Below are positions 9,867 through 19,906 of a DNA stretch of 64,000 bases, piece by piece. The DNA comes from a virus. Lineage: Duplodnaviria; Caudoviricetes. Positions within the stretch are counted from its first letter, which is position 1; each line of letters opens with the position of its first letter. Both the position numbers and the translations under genes were made by a program. The DNA lies in the IMG/VR virus record IMGVR_UViG_3300049892_000014, positions 32,001 to 96,000 of that record; one strand, written 5' to 3'. Under the pieces are notes generated by a model. That model searched no databases and was not told the origin of the DNA. It saw only the letters and a program-made list of their open reading frames with translations.

Positions 9867-10316
9867 ATGATAGAGATCATTGAAGATGGAGACATATTCT
9901 TAGAGCCTTCAGAGATGCTAGTGAATCCAACTAACATGCAAGGTACAATGGGTAAGGGTTTAGCGCTGGAATTTCGTAACAGATTTCCAGGTATTTTTGC
10001 ACCTTATTATGAGAAGTGTAAAAATGGCTGGAAATACGGAGAAGTGTTGACATTAAGTAACCCCTCTGAAGAACTTCCTAATTGGATAGTTTGTTACCCT
10101 ACTAAGCATTCATGGAGGAAGCCGTCAAGTATGGACCTGATTGAGAAGAGTATGCACGGCTTATTCGATGAGATTGCTTATACTGGTATTAAGAGTATCT
10201 CTATACCTGCTTTAGGAGCAGGACTAGGTCAGCTACCTTGGGATAAGGTTAAAGCCTACCTACTATCCTGCCCCTTTCCTGAGTTTGTCCACGTGAAGAT
10301 TTTCGCTCCACGATAG
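9867..10316 (+). CDS. macrodomain ADP-ribosylhydrolase (DarG/TARG1-like)
   Basis: GDIF, VNPTN..GTMGKGLALEF, YPTKHSWR, SIPALGAGLGQLPW. Confidence 0.92.
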   Translation: MIEIIEDGDIFLEPSEMLVNPTNMQGTMGKGLALEFRNRFPGIFAPYYEKCKNGWKYGEVLTLSNPSEELPNWIVCYPTKHSWRKPSSMDLIEKSMHGLFDEIAYTGIKSISIPALGAGLGQLPWDKVKAYLLSCPFPEFVHVKIFAPR

Positions 10317-10340
10317 TATCCTAACTACTGTCCGTTGTAT

Positions 10341-10390
10341 TCCTTAATCCCTCTCTTTAGTACTGACACTACTAAGGAGAGGAATAAGGC
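10341..10390. terminator. hairpin between convergent operons
   Basis: CCTTA..CCTCTCTTTAGTA/TACTAAGGAGAGG..TAAGG inverted repeat. Confidence 0.6.
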
Positions 10391-10789
10391 TACGCCCACC
10401 ACAAGCAGGATTCTTTCGATCATACAATCCTTTCTAAGATCCAGCCTCTTTTATTACAGTATCGTTGTACATTATCCAACCACCAACCCTGGAACTTGTA
10501 AGTAGTCCCAGGGTTGTCACAGACTACCTCGCACATAGATTCCCCAAGATTTCTTGATCCTACAGTATTCCGCTCAAGCTTGGTCTCTAACTGCCAAGTG
10601 CTAGTAGTGTCGTCTACCTTGTAGAAGCTCATAGGTCCATCACCCAACGAATATAACGACCAAGTAGACCGAACGACCATCCGATTAACCGAAACATCCA
10701 TGGTGTCACTAGGATTATTCCAGCTAAGATCAAAAACATTTGCAACCATTTCAGTATTTCATCCATACCACTCACCTCCATACGGCTAA

Positions 10790-10972
10790 TTACTTTTTGC
10801 CAGAACTAGCTAATTCACCTATATTTCTAGCGGCGGCACGACAAAATTCAATCCTCTCCCAGCTGGATTTATTCAAGGCTACATTGTCATCAGCTAGCAT
10901 GGATATCGCATTATGATAGATGCACTCCGCTTGATCTACTATTTGCCGTAGAATCTCTTTTGTTACCCTCAT
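10790..10972 (-). CDS. hypothetical protein
   Basis: GAGGAG RBS. Confidence 0.55.
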   Translation of the reverse strand: MRVTKEILRQIVDQAECIYHNAISMLADDNVALNKSSWERIEFCRAAARNIGELASSGKK

Positions 10973-10983
10973 AGTTTATCTCC

Positions 10984-11199
10984 TCACAATAATCTAGCTA
11001 CATCTTCTGACCTTGCCTTACTATATAGAAGCTCATTATCACTACGTCCTTGATAATGATATATATCCACCTGTTCATGTCTTCTTAGTTTATATAGAAT
11101 GGATGGTATGTAGTCTTGATGGAAGACGATAGTGCCATAATTTTCCTCCTTATCATTTACGCTCCAATCTACTAATCTTATGCTATATTCGATCATCAA
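10984..11199 (-). CDS. hypothetical protein
   Basis: GGAGG RBS, coupled. Confidence 0.55.
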   Translation of the reverse strand: MMIEYSIRLVDWSVNDKEENYGTIVFHQDYIPSILYKLRRHEQVDIYHYQGRSDNELLYSKARSEDVARLL

Positions 11200-11465
11200 T
11201 CCTCCTTTTCTAAGTATTTCCTCTTGTATTTACAAAAGGCGCACACTTTGTCGTATGGCGTCCACTCACTGTCACACATACAGTATCCAGAGATAATCTT
11301 TTCAGCCTTCTTGAGCCTCCTTCTTATCTCTGCCAGCTCACGCATTGGAGTCTTTTGATACCTATCAACCCCATACTTGCGACCATCCGGATAGACACAC
11401 GCTTTCTGTTTATGGACACATCTATTCTCCATCTTACATTCATCGCAATTTAACTTCATGGTCAA
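11196..11465 (-). CDS. Cys-rich hypothetical protein
   Basis: Coupled ORF with CxxC motifs. Confidence 0.55.
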   Translation of the reverse strand: MTMKLNCDECKMENRCVHKQKACVYPDGRKYGVDRYQKTPMRELAEIRRRLKKAEKIISGYCMCDSEWTPYDKVCAFCKYKRKYLEKED

Positions 11466-11680
11466 TCCTCTAACATCTTATCTGCTAGCTTATAGGATAT
11501 TTGCTTAATATCTTCTACGTCATATACGTTTAATCCAGCAGACAGTATTCCCTGCATCGCCATAGCTGCAAAGTATTGACGCATACTAATCCCACCACAT
11601 CCACTTGTGTAGCAGCTTCCTTGTGTGGCATATTCCCCAGTCCACGGAGTAGGGAATGCAGGCAGTTTTCTAGTAGGCAT
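11462..11680 (-). CDS. conserved small phage protein (MRxYFAAxAMQG family)
   Basis: GISMRQYFAAMAMQGIL...YKLADKML. Confidence 0.75.
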   Translation of the reverse strand: MPTRKLPAFPTPWTGEYATQGSCYTSGCGGISMRQYFAAMAMQGILSAGLNVYDVEDIKQISYKLADKMLED

Positions 11681-11689
11681 ACAACCCTC

Positions 11690-12256
11690 CTATCTATGTA
11701 TATAAAATAGAACATCTACGCCCTCCCAACACAACATGCACCCAGGGCATGATCCTGGACATTCATGTACATTGGCAGCGTGTCTATTCTCCGTGCCGTC
11801 CTGAGTCCAAGCAAAAGCTACATTACTAGGTACTTTAGGCATCTTCATTCCAGGCCACAAACTAAAGAAGATCTTTAGGTTCTTAGGTAGTTTCTTGTAG
11901 TTCAACTGGAACATCTTAGTGAAACACAAGAATTGAGTATCGGGATATCTATCTGCTATAGACTTCATATTAGACAGATATCTCTGATTCGGAATATCCC
12001 CACCAACATGCCACCTAAAGTATTTTGGTTTTACCTTATCAAGATGGCTTTCCACCATTCCGAAATAAGTAACCGGATCGCACTTAGCTAGGTAAGAATT
12101 TTGATCCCAAGACAATTTAACCGATGGATACATAGCGTAGAACTTCTTAGCATAGCACTTAGATATGCAGGAATTACAATTTTTACAATCCACGCCAGGT
12201 ATAAGTGATATATTAGACACCTTTCCTAGCTTCTTGTTTCCTTTCGATACAGACAT
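11690..12256 (-). CDS. GP88-like Fe-S protein
   Basis: GNKKLGK, C..C..C...CYA, YFRWHVGGDI, terminal CPGSCPGCMLCW. Confidence 0.8.
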   Translation of the reverse strand: MSVSKGNKKLGKVSNISLIPGVDCKNCNSCISKCYAKKFYAMYPSVKLSWDQNSYLAKCDPVTYFGMVESHLDKVKPKYFRWHVGGDIPNQRYLSNMKSIADRYPDTQFLCFTKMFQLNYKKLPKNLKIFFSLWPGMKMPKVPSNVAFAWTQDGTENRHAANVHECPGSCPGCMLCWEGVDVLFYIHR

Positions 12257-13155
12257 TACTCCCTCCCTTCCCAGGATTCTTGGTTGACTGGATACACTTT
12301 AAGACCATTACTTCTCCACATAGCTACTACCGAAGGCCTATCGTCTACGATAAAGTCAATAGAATCCTTTCCGTATCTAGCTATAATTTTATCAAGGATC
12401 TCTTGCTTTACAATGGTATCGGCACGATGATCGCCTCCATTGCGCATAAACATGCGAACCGGAGAGACTCCATTACAAATTAGCATATCCTCGGTAAGAA
12501 TAGCCTCGTCAGTTCCTCTCCCGCTAACAATAAATGTTGTTGTAGACCGATTCATCACGTAGAACCAGTCTGCAATAGGTCTGTTAATCTTATCAAGCAT
12601 AGCTTCGTTCTTTAATGCCGATGGATGAATCCTCTTTCCATTCGCATCAACACGTCCCAATCTATGACTAATATTCATCAGGGTGCCATCTACATCCCAT
12701 ATAGTAATCTTAGACCTATTGGGATCAAGGTCTGGTAAAAGATTATATCGCAGCGCCATGTTTTCAATCACAGCCCTACCAACCCTTCCGTTCCCCTGCC
12801 GCATCCTATCTTGATATATACAATCGTTCACAGCTGTCGGCATTTCGATTAACTCAAAGACAGAATCGCACATTTCCGCAATACCACGCCACATATCTTC
12901 ATTCTTCGGGCTAAGATTTGTGTCGTCAATCACTACGTTAAATCCAAGGCCCAAAGACAGTTCTGCTATGGATTTTTCCGCACGAATAACAACATCCTCT
13001 TTCTTTCCAGACCATCGAAAATCTTTCCCGAAGATCATCAACCGAAGATCATCTCTATTGAGTCTAACTGCCGTTTTACCATTTCCCACAATCTCCCTAG
13101 ACTTCGTACTTTTACCGCTAGCTGGGAGACCCTTCATCATTATAAGTTTTGGCAT
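12256..13155 (-). CDS. pseT: polynucleotide 5'-kinase/3'-phosphatase (T4 PseT-like)
   Basis: GLPASGKST, LNRDDLR, DDTNL, HAD motif DVDGTL, SGR, VDDRPSVV. Confidence 0.95.
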   Translation of the reverse strand: MPKLIMMKGLPASGKSTKSREIVGNGKTAVRLNRDDLRLMIFGKDFRWSGKKEDVVIRAEKSIAELSLGLGFNVVIDDTNLSPKNEDMWRGIAEMCDSVFELIEMPTAVNDCIYQDRMRQGNGRVGRAVIENMALRYNLLPDLDPNRSKITIWDVDGTLMNISHRLGRVDANGKRIHPSALKNEAMLDKINRPIADWFYVMNRSTTTFIVSGRGTDEAILTEDMLICNGVSPVRMFMRNGGDHRADTIVKQEILDKIIARYGKDSIDFIVDDRPSVVAMWRSNGLKVYPVNQESWEGRE

Positions 13156-13438
13156 AGTTCACCTCCATTCTTAACATTAGGCGTAATGCTTCCTTGTCAG
13201 CTTGACTAGATTGTATCCACCACCTACAGGCGTATGACGTGGCATCCATAGATGGGTAATCAGTTCCACATCTTATTCTTTGAACATTATACATGAAAAG
13301 ATTCATATCATCCATACCTTGTATACGAATAAGATATATTCTTTTTTCCTTGATACTTACTTTGTGATAGATGCGGATGCTCTGTAGCTTGTATACTCCG
13401 TCCATATTAATGTATTCCATGTTATATGTATACATCAC
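13118..13438 (-). CDS. hypothetical protein carrying the shared C-terminal helical motif
   Basis: SSQADKEALRLMLRME. Confidence 0.55.
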   Translation of the reverse strand: MMYTYNMEYINMDGVYKLQSIRIYHKVSIKEKRIYLIRIQGMDDMNLFMYNVQRIRCGTDYPSMDATSYACRWWIQSSQADKEALRLMLRMEVNYAKTYNDEGSPS

Positions 13439-15411
13439 AACTCCTTAAATGACGAGATAGCTTCTTCTGGAAGTTGCTTCTTATATTTCAGAACAATCTT
13501 CCTTCCTAAAGCAGCGGCCTTTGGAGTAAGCCTGCCCTGTTGGGCTAAGTTTACACCTAACCTGGTATCGAATTTATTAAACCCTATACCGTCCACAGCT
13601 CTAGCTCCATCACAAAGGCCAGCTATCATCTTTAATGCTAGGTGAATATCATCTATCTGCCTAGAGGTTAGCTTTTGAGAATCAAGGGTTAATTGATCTG
13701 GAGAGACTGATTCCGTAGCAACTGGCTCGGCGTAGTTTGCGCTTAATTCCTCTAACTTTAACGCCTGTCCTACGGCCAATCCCTTATCCAATGCCTTATC
13801 GGCTACGTTCTGCTTTGTCACTGTACGTTTTGCCATCATAGAGTCTATGCTACCCTCTAATACATAATGCTGACACAGAACGCTAGACAACTGGCCGTAT
13901 CTGTGTAGTCTATCTTCGCATTGAGTGATCCATGCCGGAACCCAATCTTCTTCAGCGAAGACTGCATGACTACAAACTAGCTGAAGCTTATTTAATCCTA
14001 TACCAGCGGCTTTAATAGATCCAAGAAAAACACGACAGTTTGGATCTTCTACAAACTTCACCACCGCATCATTCTTCTCGTCTACATCTTGCTCTCCCGT
14101 TAGCCTAACGCACATACCAGGAAACTGTTCATAGAGTCCGTTAATCATATCGTGGTGGTGAGCGAAGACTACTATCTTTTTATCTGTCCCCTCAAGCATC
14201 TCACGGAGATGATTGGCTAAGATTGGGAGTTTAAGAATAGCGGTATCATGCCTAACCTTTGCCATTTCCTTAAATGCAATAGCCTGTGAATCTTTAAGCC
14301 TGCTAATAGCATTATGATAATCCTGCTGATTATCGGAAAGCTTAGCTAGTTCAGCCGCCGCTCTTAATTGACTAATATTCTCCATGCAGTTTTCATAGAA
14401 CTGTCTCTCTTTTAAGATACCTGCTAGAGTTTCGTCTTGAGCGGGGATCTCAATAACCTGTCTTATCTTAGGTGGTAGATCTGTTAAAACCTCAGCTTTT
14501 GTTCTCCTAATCATCACAGTAGATCGAAGTTTCTGCTGTAGTTCTTTAAGATTACTATGACCGGTAAAATCCCAGCCAAACCTACCCTTCTTGCCAGCGG
14601 CATATCTTAAGCCAAACTTAAAGAAGTTATCGTAATTAGCAGGATCTAACCAATTTAAGATAGGAAACAATTCTATAGTTCTGTTAAGAATCGGAGTACC
14701 AGTGAGAGCTATCATACGATCAGCCCTTAGTGGATCTAAGATCCAAACATTCCTAGCCTTCTTACCTACTACCTGGGTAGTTCTCTGCGCTTTAGGATTT
14801 TTACAGAAATGACTTTCATCTACGATAACTAGATCCCAATGCCTTTTGCGTACATCTGTAGCAAACTTTTTAAGTATGTCATAGTTGATGATGACAATGT
14901 CATCAGCCGGAAAGCTCTTAGCGCCAATTCCTACGGATAGTTTTCTGGTTAGCCAGTCGTTTAATTCATTTCTCCAGTTAATCTTAAGAGAGTTTGGGCA
15001 TATGATAAGAACTGATTTAATCTCAGGACAGTAGTTAATCACACCAATAGTCTGAGGAGTCTTACCTAATCCCATATCATCGGCTAATAAAGCATGTTTG
15101 TGCTTTAATAGAAAATCTATACCAGCCAACTGAAATGGCCTAAACTCTTTGCCTTCTGGAGTGGGTACGGATATATTACATCCCCTAGACTTACTAGCCT
15201 CTATTGTGGTATCGTATTGCGTAGACAATGCCTCCAACTCAGCCCTGCAACTACTATCAGCATATCCATATAACTTAGCGGCAATGTGTACGTCCTTGGT
15301 ATACCAATGCCTCTTAAGTACATCCCACTTAAATCCAGCCTTCTTAGGCAGATCTTTTTCCTCATATCTAGTGAGAGCTACAAAGGCATCGCCTTCTTTT
15401 TGTAACAGCAT
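13435..15411 (-). CDS. SNF2-family (HARP/SMARCAL1-like) helicase
   Basis: LLADDMGLGKT, DESH, LTGTPILNR, QCEDRLHRYGQ. Confidence 0.95.
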   Translation of the reverse strand: MLLQKEGDAFVALTRYEEKDLPKKAGFKWDVLKRHWYTKDVHIAAKLYGYADSSCRAELEALSTQYDTTIEASKSRGCNISVPTPEGKEFRPFQLAGIDFLLKHKHALLADDMGLGKTPQTIGVINYCPEIKSVLIICPNSLKINWRNELNDWLTRKLSVGIGAKSFPADDIVIINYDILKKFATDVRKRHWDLVIVDESHFCKNPKAQRTTQVVGKKARNVWILDPLRADRMIALTGTPILNRTIELFPILNWLDPANYDNFFKFGLRYAAGKKGRFGWDFTGHSNLKELQQKLRSTVMIRRTKAEVLTDLPPKIRQVIEIPAQDETLAGILKERQFYENCMENISQLRAAAELAKLSDNQQDYHNAISRLKDSQAIAFKEMAKVRHDTAILKLPILANHLREMLEGTDKKIVVFAHHHDMINGLYEQFPGMCVRLTGEQDVDEKNDAVVKFVEDPNCRVFLGSIKAAGIGLNKLQLVCSHAVFAEEDWVPAWITQCEDRLHRYGQLSSVLCQHYVLEGSIDSMMAKRTVTKQNVADKALDKGLAVGQALKLEELSANYAEPVATESVSPDQLTLDSQKLTSRQIDDIHLALKMIAGLCDGARAVDGIGFNKFDTRLGVNLAQQGRLTPKAAALGRKIVLKYKKQLPEEAISSFKEL

Positions 15412-15421
15412 GAATACTCCT

Positions 15422-15997
15422 TTAGAAGTCTAAATTCTTGTCTAGAAATTCCCTAGCTTCTTTGCCAAGTATCTCCTGCGACAGATAAGAGGTTGTTGAT
15501 GCTATAGACTTATGCCCAAGAAACGAAGAAGCTACCTGGATAGAAGTCGCTGAAGCTAATAGCATCGCCACAGACCTACGAAGTGTATGCGTTGAAGCGG
15601 CAGAACTATCCGTACCTTGTGGCATTAGTTTACTTAGTATGTACTTAAATAATTCATGACAATAGGTTCGTCCAATGGGCTTAGATGGATCTAGACCTGG
15701 AAAGAGATACTTACTTGTACCAACAACCGTAGGTAGGTATTTAATAATCCTCTCCCTAGTTGTATCGTTAATAGACCTCTCTACATACGATCCAGTCTTT
15801 TTCATCTTCCTTCTAATCGACGTGTAGACATTCCCATTCCGATCTACAACGTCCTCTATGAGCAGAGATTTCGCATCGCTAACCCTAAGACCGGTATTGC
15901 CCATAATCCTTAGCAGGACTTCGTCTCTTATAGACCTAGATCCAGCTATATCATACATCTTCTTAATCTGTGCTGCATCTAAAAATATCTTAGACAT
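15422..15997 (-). CDS. tyrosine recombinase (catalytic domain only)
   Basis: TGLRVSD, HTLRRS, LGHKSIASTTSY. Confidence 0.92.
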   Translation of the reverse strand: MSKIFLDAAQIKKMYDIAGSRSIRDEVLLRIMGNTGLRVSDAKSLLIEDVVDRNGNVYTSIRRKMKKTGSYVERSINDTTRERIIKYLPTVVGTSKYLFPGLDPSKPIGRTYCHELFKYILSKLMPQGTDSSAASTHTLRRSVAMLLASATSIQVASSFLGHKSIASTTSYLSQEILGKEAREFLDKNLDF

Positions 15998-16400
15998 ATC
16001 TTGGCCCTCTCAATCTTGCTAATAAAGATAATCTGTCTAATTCATCACTAGAACAATTGTATACATATTTAGTTATTTCTATCCTCTGCTCTACAGTTGG
16101 GTGATACCCTTCGTTAAACAAGACATGTCCAGCTTCCTGCATAATTATACATGGCAGAAATGGAGTTCTAGCCTGATACGGATGGTTAATGCTTTTACCC
16201 CTAGTGACAAACTGGAAAACCATATCACGATCCTTGTCTACTACGGCTCTGTAATATATATAACTCTTCTTTCCATTGTCTGTCAGAGTCATCCTGCGAA
16301 TACAAGAGTTTCCCTTAAATTCTGGATGATTATTTTCTGGGTTGACAATAATATCATTTATGGAATATAGCTCAGCCCTTGCTTTACGTTTTTTAACCAT
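15990..16400 (-). CDS. hypothetical protein with shared C-terminal motif
   Basis: CSSDELDRLSLLARLRG. Confidence 0.6.
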   Translation of the reverse strand: MVKKRKARAELYSINDIIVNPENNHPEFKGNSCIRRMTLTDNGKKSYIYYRAVVDKDRDMVFQFVTRGKSINHPYQARTPFLPCIIMQEAGHVLFNEGYHPTVEQRIEITKYVYNCSSDELDRLSLLARLRGPRYV

Positions 16401-16401
16401 G

Positions 16402-16677
16402 TTATTTCACTCCAAAAGTTGACAGTAATCCACGACTAATCTTTTTTCTCCTAACTTTTTTCCCATCCATGGATACAGCTACACTTCTTGCTATTGCCAT
16501 TCTGTAGACAGATTCTATAGAGATAACAATCTCATCTTTGCCACGTTGCTTAAATGCAATATATCCATCAGGTAGGATAGTCATAATGCCATAGTCCGAT
16601 TTCCTGGGTTCTATGCGATTATCCATACTTAGATTAACTCTACGCTTAATCTCTTTTCCATCTTTAAGATTGATCAC
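16402..16677 (-). CDS. hypothetical protein
   Basis: Coupled ORF with RBS. Confidence 0.6.
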   Translation of the reverse strand: MINLKDGKEIKRRVNLSMDNRIEPRKSDYGIMTILPDGYIAFKQRGKDEIVISIESVYRMAIARSVAVSMDGKKVRRKKISRGLLSTFGVK

Positions 16678-17032
16678 GTTTACCCTCCAAGGTATACATC
16701 ATCCATGCTAGTTCCGCTTCTCTACTACACATATTAGCCTCTAAGGCACCTGTATAGCATAGAAAATCAACACACTTATACCATTCAGGATGAGTACGAC
16801 CTTCAGGATACTTAAACACAGTCTTCCAAACATAGAAATAAAAATCCATAGGCCATGTTTTACTAATCACCTTCCATCCTCCATTTTCACCTGGCCTATA
16901 GAAAACAATATCATCAACTTTAGTCTTCCAGTCTTGCGTTCTAATGTACCATCGCTTTTCGCCATTAAGCTCGCAAAGCGTAGGGGGAGTTTCGATAAAT
17001 TTACCACGCAATAGTTTTTTAGCAGCAGCCAT
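16664..17032 (-). CDS. hypothetical protein with shared C-terminal motif
   Basis: CSREAELAWMMYTLEG. Confidence 0.6.
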   Translation of the reverse strand: MAAAKKLLRGKFIETPPTLCELNGEKRWYIRTQDWKTKVDDIVFYRPGENGGWKVISKTWPMDFYFYVWKTVFKYPEGRTHPEWYKCVDFLCYTGALEANMCSREAELAWMMYTLEGKRDQS

Positions 17033-17857
17033 TTATACCTCCACTAGGTTAAAGGAACTACGATATAATTTCATATCCTTCACGTCCAAAAACTTACTAA
17101 ATATCTCAGGTTCATACAGCGATATTTTGAAATCAGAGCTACATAAATACTTGTAGAAATTAGCTCCAAAGGCTATGTTTTCAGTGGTTCCAATATCATT
17201 CAAGGCCTCTGTTAAAGCCTGATAATCTACCGGCTTGTACTTCGCTCTCCCTGCGGCTTCATACGGAAGCAGGACAAAATATTTTATTCTTTCTTTGTAT
17301 GTTGTGTAGATAGACTTGAATCGTTCCACACTCTCCGAATCGCTTATGATGATATGCAGATTAGTCTGTACTTTATCATGTAGTAGATCTACCGCATTCA
17401 TCCAGTAATCAGCCAAATGAGGATGGCAACTAATAGCCACTCCACCGCATAGCTTGGCTGTATGATTTACAATCTCTTGCGTCAACCCCATCCCATTAGT
17501 TGTGTAGTTTGGGAGAATGCCATAAAAACTAAACAGTCTCAGTATTTCGTTAAAATCTGGATGCTCGTTAGGATTTCCTCCACCAATAGCTACCTGGAAC
17601 GGTCGTTGGTTGTAGGTTAATCCAAAAAAGTAACTGTCGAGTTTCTCCAGAGCATTCCTATATCCATCGCATTCGTTTCCGCTATCCTGGTAGCAATACA
17701 AGCAATTACCACGACAAGCATTAGTAATCTTCACGTCCATAAACTCAGGATATTTTAGATCAGTAATAGGTAGAGATGGATCTAGCTTTATCCGTAATGT
17801 TTTTCCACCGATAAAGAAAGATTTATAGTTATGCTCTGGAAATACTCGACTTTTCAT
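17033..17857 (-). CDS. radical SAM protein
   Basis: CRGNCLYC (CxxxCxxC), QVAIGGGNP, NYTTNG. Confidence 0.92.
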   Translation of the reverse strand: MKSRVFPEHNYKSFFIGGKTLRIKLDPSLPITDLKYPEFMDVKITNACRGNCLYCYQDSGNECDGYRNALEKLDSYFFGLTYNQRPFQVAIGGGNPNEHPDFNEILRLFSFYGILPNYTTNGMGLTQEIVNHTAKLCGGVAISCHPHLADYWMNAVDLLHDKVQTNLHIIISDSESVERFKSIYTTYKERIKYFVLLPYEAAGRAKYKPVDYQALTEALNDIGTTENIAFGANFYKYLCSSDFKISLYEPEIFSKFLDVKDMKLYRSSFNLVEV

Positions 17858-18318
17858 TAGTTGTTTACCTCCACGGATTCAAACACATTTCTAATTAAGC
17901 TAGCTAAGCCAGAAGGAGTTCCATCTAGGGCAACTATCTCTATATCCCTAGCTAAGCCAGGATTACCTTCATACTTGTGATAATCATCAACAAAGTTCTC
18001 GAATAACTTTAAGGCTTTTTCCTTGTTTTCAGTAAGCCATACCGAAGCCTTCATTGGGTTCAGGTCGCTATTCGACTCCATAAATTCAGGATGCTCACTT
18101 TCAAGCCACCAGGAAAAATCATTCCACGCCTCATCGCTAGGTACTTCGGCTATGGTGTATAAATCATTAAAGGTCTTATCTGATCCAGCTGCCTTCAAGA
18201 CCTCATTCACGATTTTAACCACCATATTCTTAGCATCTGATGATGGAAACGTATAAATCTCAGTCGAACTATTGGTAATAATATCAATAATTGACTGAGG
18301 ATGTATCCTTATCTTCAT
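17857..18318 (-). CDS. conserved phage protein (DIITNSSTE motif)
   Basis: N-terminal IIDIITNSSTEIY; coupled to the radical SAM gene. Confidence 0.7.
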   Translation of the reverse strand: MKIRIHPQSIIDIITNSSTEIYTFPSSDAKNMVVKIVNEVLKAAGSDKTFNDLYTIAEVPSDEAWNDFSWWLESEHPEFMESNSDLNPMKASVWLTENKEKALKLFENFVDDYHKYEGNPGLARDIEIVALDGTPSGLASLIRNVFESVEVNN

Positions 18319-18469
18319 AGACTTCCTCCTTCTTTATGGTTATACTAACTTACTAAGACATATCTGTATCCAGATAGGCCACTGCGGCCAGGTTGTCTTA
18401 GTCACTCTTTCTACTATCCTTATGGTACCGAGAACTATTTTACTAATCATATGTCACCTAACTAATTGC

Positions 18470-18597
18470 TCGCATAGCCAATGTCGGGATTTAAACCCGA
18501 TCCCTTGACCTACACCACATAGCAGGAGTCAAACCGTCTTAGGGTAGAGCTATGTTTCGGATGCTATCACGGCTAGCACGGCGCATTGGCTATGCGA
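18470..18597 (-). ncRNA. structured tRNA-like non-coding RNA
   Basis: 14-bp perfect terminal stem, T-arm-like hairpin, potential pseudoknot, dedicated promoter. Confidence 0.7.
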
Positions 18598-18599
18598 AC

Positions 18600-18628
18600 A
18601 ATATAACCTATTGTTCACAGATTGTCAA
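18600..18628 (-). promoter_or_regulatory. sigma70-type promoter
   Basis: TTGACA-17 bp-TATATT on the minus strand. Confidence 0.8.
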
Positions 18629-18646
18629 GATCTTTCCGATGCTAGA

Positions 18647-18949
18647 TTATTTCATACCTTCAAGGAGACATTCTAACTTTAGCATATCAAAATCATCCGG
18701 TGGAAGTTCCTCAAAATAAGTAGATAGCTTAGTCTGCCCGATGATATTAGGATGTTGGGACAGCCCTAATTTTTTACATATCCTACTCCATACACAGGGA
18801 GATAAAGTAAGAGTAGTTCCACGTAAAACATTACGCTCCATCATCTCTACGTTTTTAACAGGTCTACTTCTTTGCATATAGTCTACGTTGATCCAGAACA
18901 TATACTTGCATCTCCTGGCACGTATCACTCTCTCGTATCTTGTACTCAT
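18647..18949 (-). CDS. hypothetical protein with shared C-terminal motif
   Basis: LPPDDFDMLKLECLLEG. Confidence 0.6.
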   Translation of the reverse strand: MSTRYERVIRARRCKYMFWINVDYMQRSRPVKNVEMMERNVLRGTTLTLSPCVWSRICKKLGLSQHPNIIGQTKLSTYFEELPPDDFDMLKLECLLEGMK

Positions 18950-18950
18950 G

Positions 18951-19241
18951 TTAATCTCCTTGTAGAATTTCTTGTAGGTGAAACGCTTCCCATTCAGCCT
19001 TAGTGAAATTGACCAATATCTTTAACCATTTCTTTCTTCTTCGGCTATCATATTGAGTGTTGATCTCAAATGTTTGATAAGATATTGGGTATCCTAGTTG
19101 TTTTTTAGCACCCTTAGACCTAACTATCCATTCGGTTTTCCAGTCGGGCCAATCACCATCTTTCGGATAAGACCAGCTAGATTCATCTACCTGCTTTACA
19201 AACTCATAGAAGTTATGGTTTCTACGATTCTTCCTTTTCAA
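18951..19241 (-). CDS. hypothetical protein with shared C-terminal motif
   Basis: FTKAEWEAFHLQEILQG. Confidence 0.6.
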   Translation of the reverse strand: MKRKNRRNHNFYEFVKQVDESSWSYPKDGDWPDWKTEWIVRSKGAKKQLGYPISYQTFEINTQYDSRRRKKWLKILVNFTKAEWEAFHLQEILQGD

Positions 19242-19686
19242 GGGAATCCTTTCTCATGACGTATGTTGTAAACTGTTTATTAGTAATCAGAATAGGTAGC
19301 GGTAGAGCAATCAAACCCTGCCAAGTTCCAGAGGAAGTATAGCCATTAAGATTAGCTTTGTCATTCCTAACTGTAATATAGGCAGTTCCCTGCTCGTCAA
19401 GACGTTGATTGATAAACTGAAGAATCTCCTCACGCTTCGCCGGTTCAGATAATGTATTTAATACATAGGTACATAAAATCGTCTGATAATTCCACGCTAG
19501 CCATGTTCTATTCTTATGGTATTGGTCATAACCTTCTATATCTAATAGCTTCGCATCTGTACCATAACCACATCCATAGTCAAGAGCTGGTTTAAGAATA
19601 AGTCCCCTATCATTCAACATCCTTGCTGGTACGCTTAGCTTCCTTCTTTTAATCGCTGTCTTGTGTGTATTATCTGGTGACTCCAT
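19222..19686 (-). CDS. class I SAM-dependent methyltransferase-like protein
   Basis: LDYGCGYGTD, YQTILCTYVLN, AYITVR. Confidence 0.8.
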   Translation of the reverse strand: MESPDNTHKTAIKRRKLSVPARMLNDRGLILKPALDYGCGYGTDAKLLDIEGYDQYHKNRTWLAWNYQTILCTYVLNTLSEPAKREEILQFINQRLDEQGTAYITVRNDKANLNGYTSSGTWQGLIALPLPILITNKQFTTYVMRKDSLEKEES

Positions 19687-19906
19687 GATTCCTCCAATCT
19701 AAAATACCAAACATATGGATAGCTTCCCATTGTTCGGGTGTTAATGTAGATAGAAACTCGTGGGTTCCGTCAATATCATTCTCATCACGGATGGCCCAAT
19801 AATGAGCAGATAGTATTGGTTGTCCTATCTTTTTTCCAGAGACAGATAATTGGATGAAGTATTTATCATCCATACTTACATATTCTGCACTAATCTTAGC
19901 TCCCAT
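19670..19906 (-). CDS. hypothetical protein with shared C-terminal motif
   Basis: LTPEQWEAIHMFGILD. Confidence 0.6.
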   Translation of the reverse strand: MGAKISAEYVSMDDKYFIQLSVSGKKIGQPILSAHYWAIRDENDIDGTHEFLSTLTPEQWEAIHMFGILDWRNHGVTR

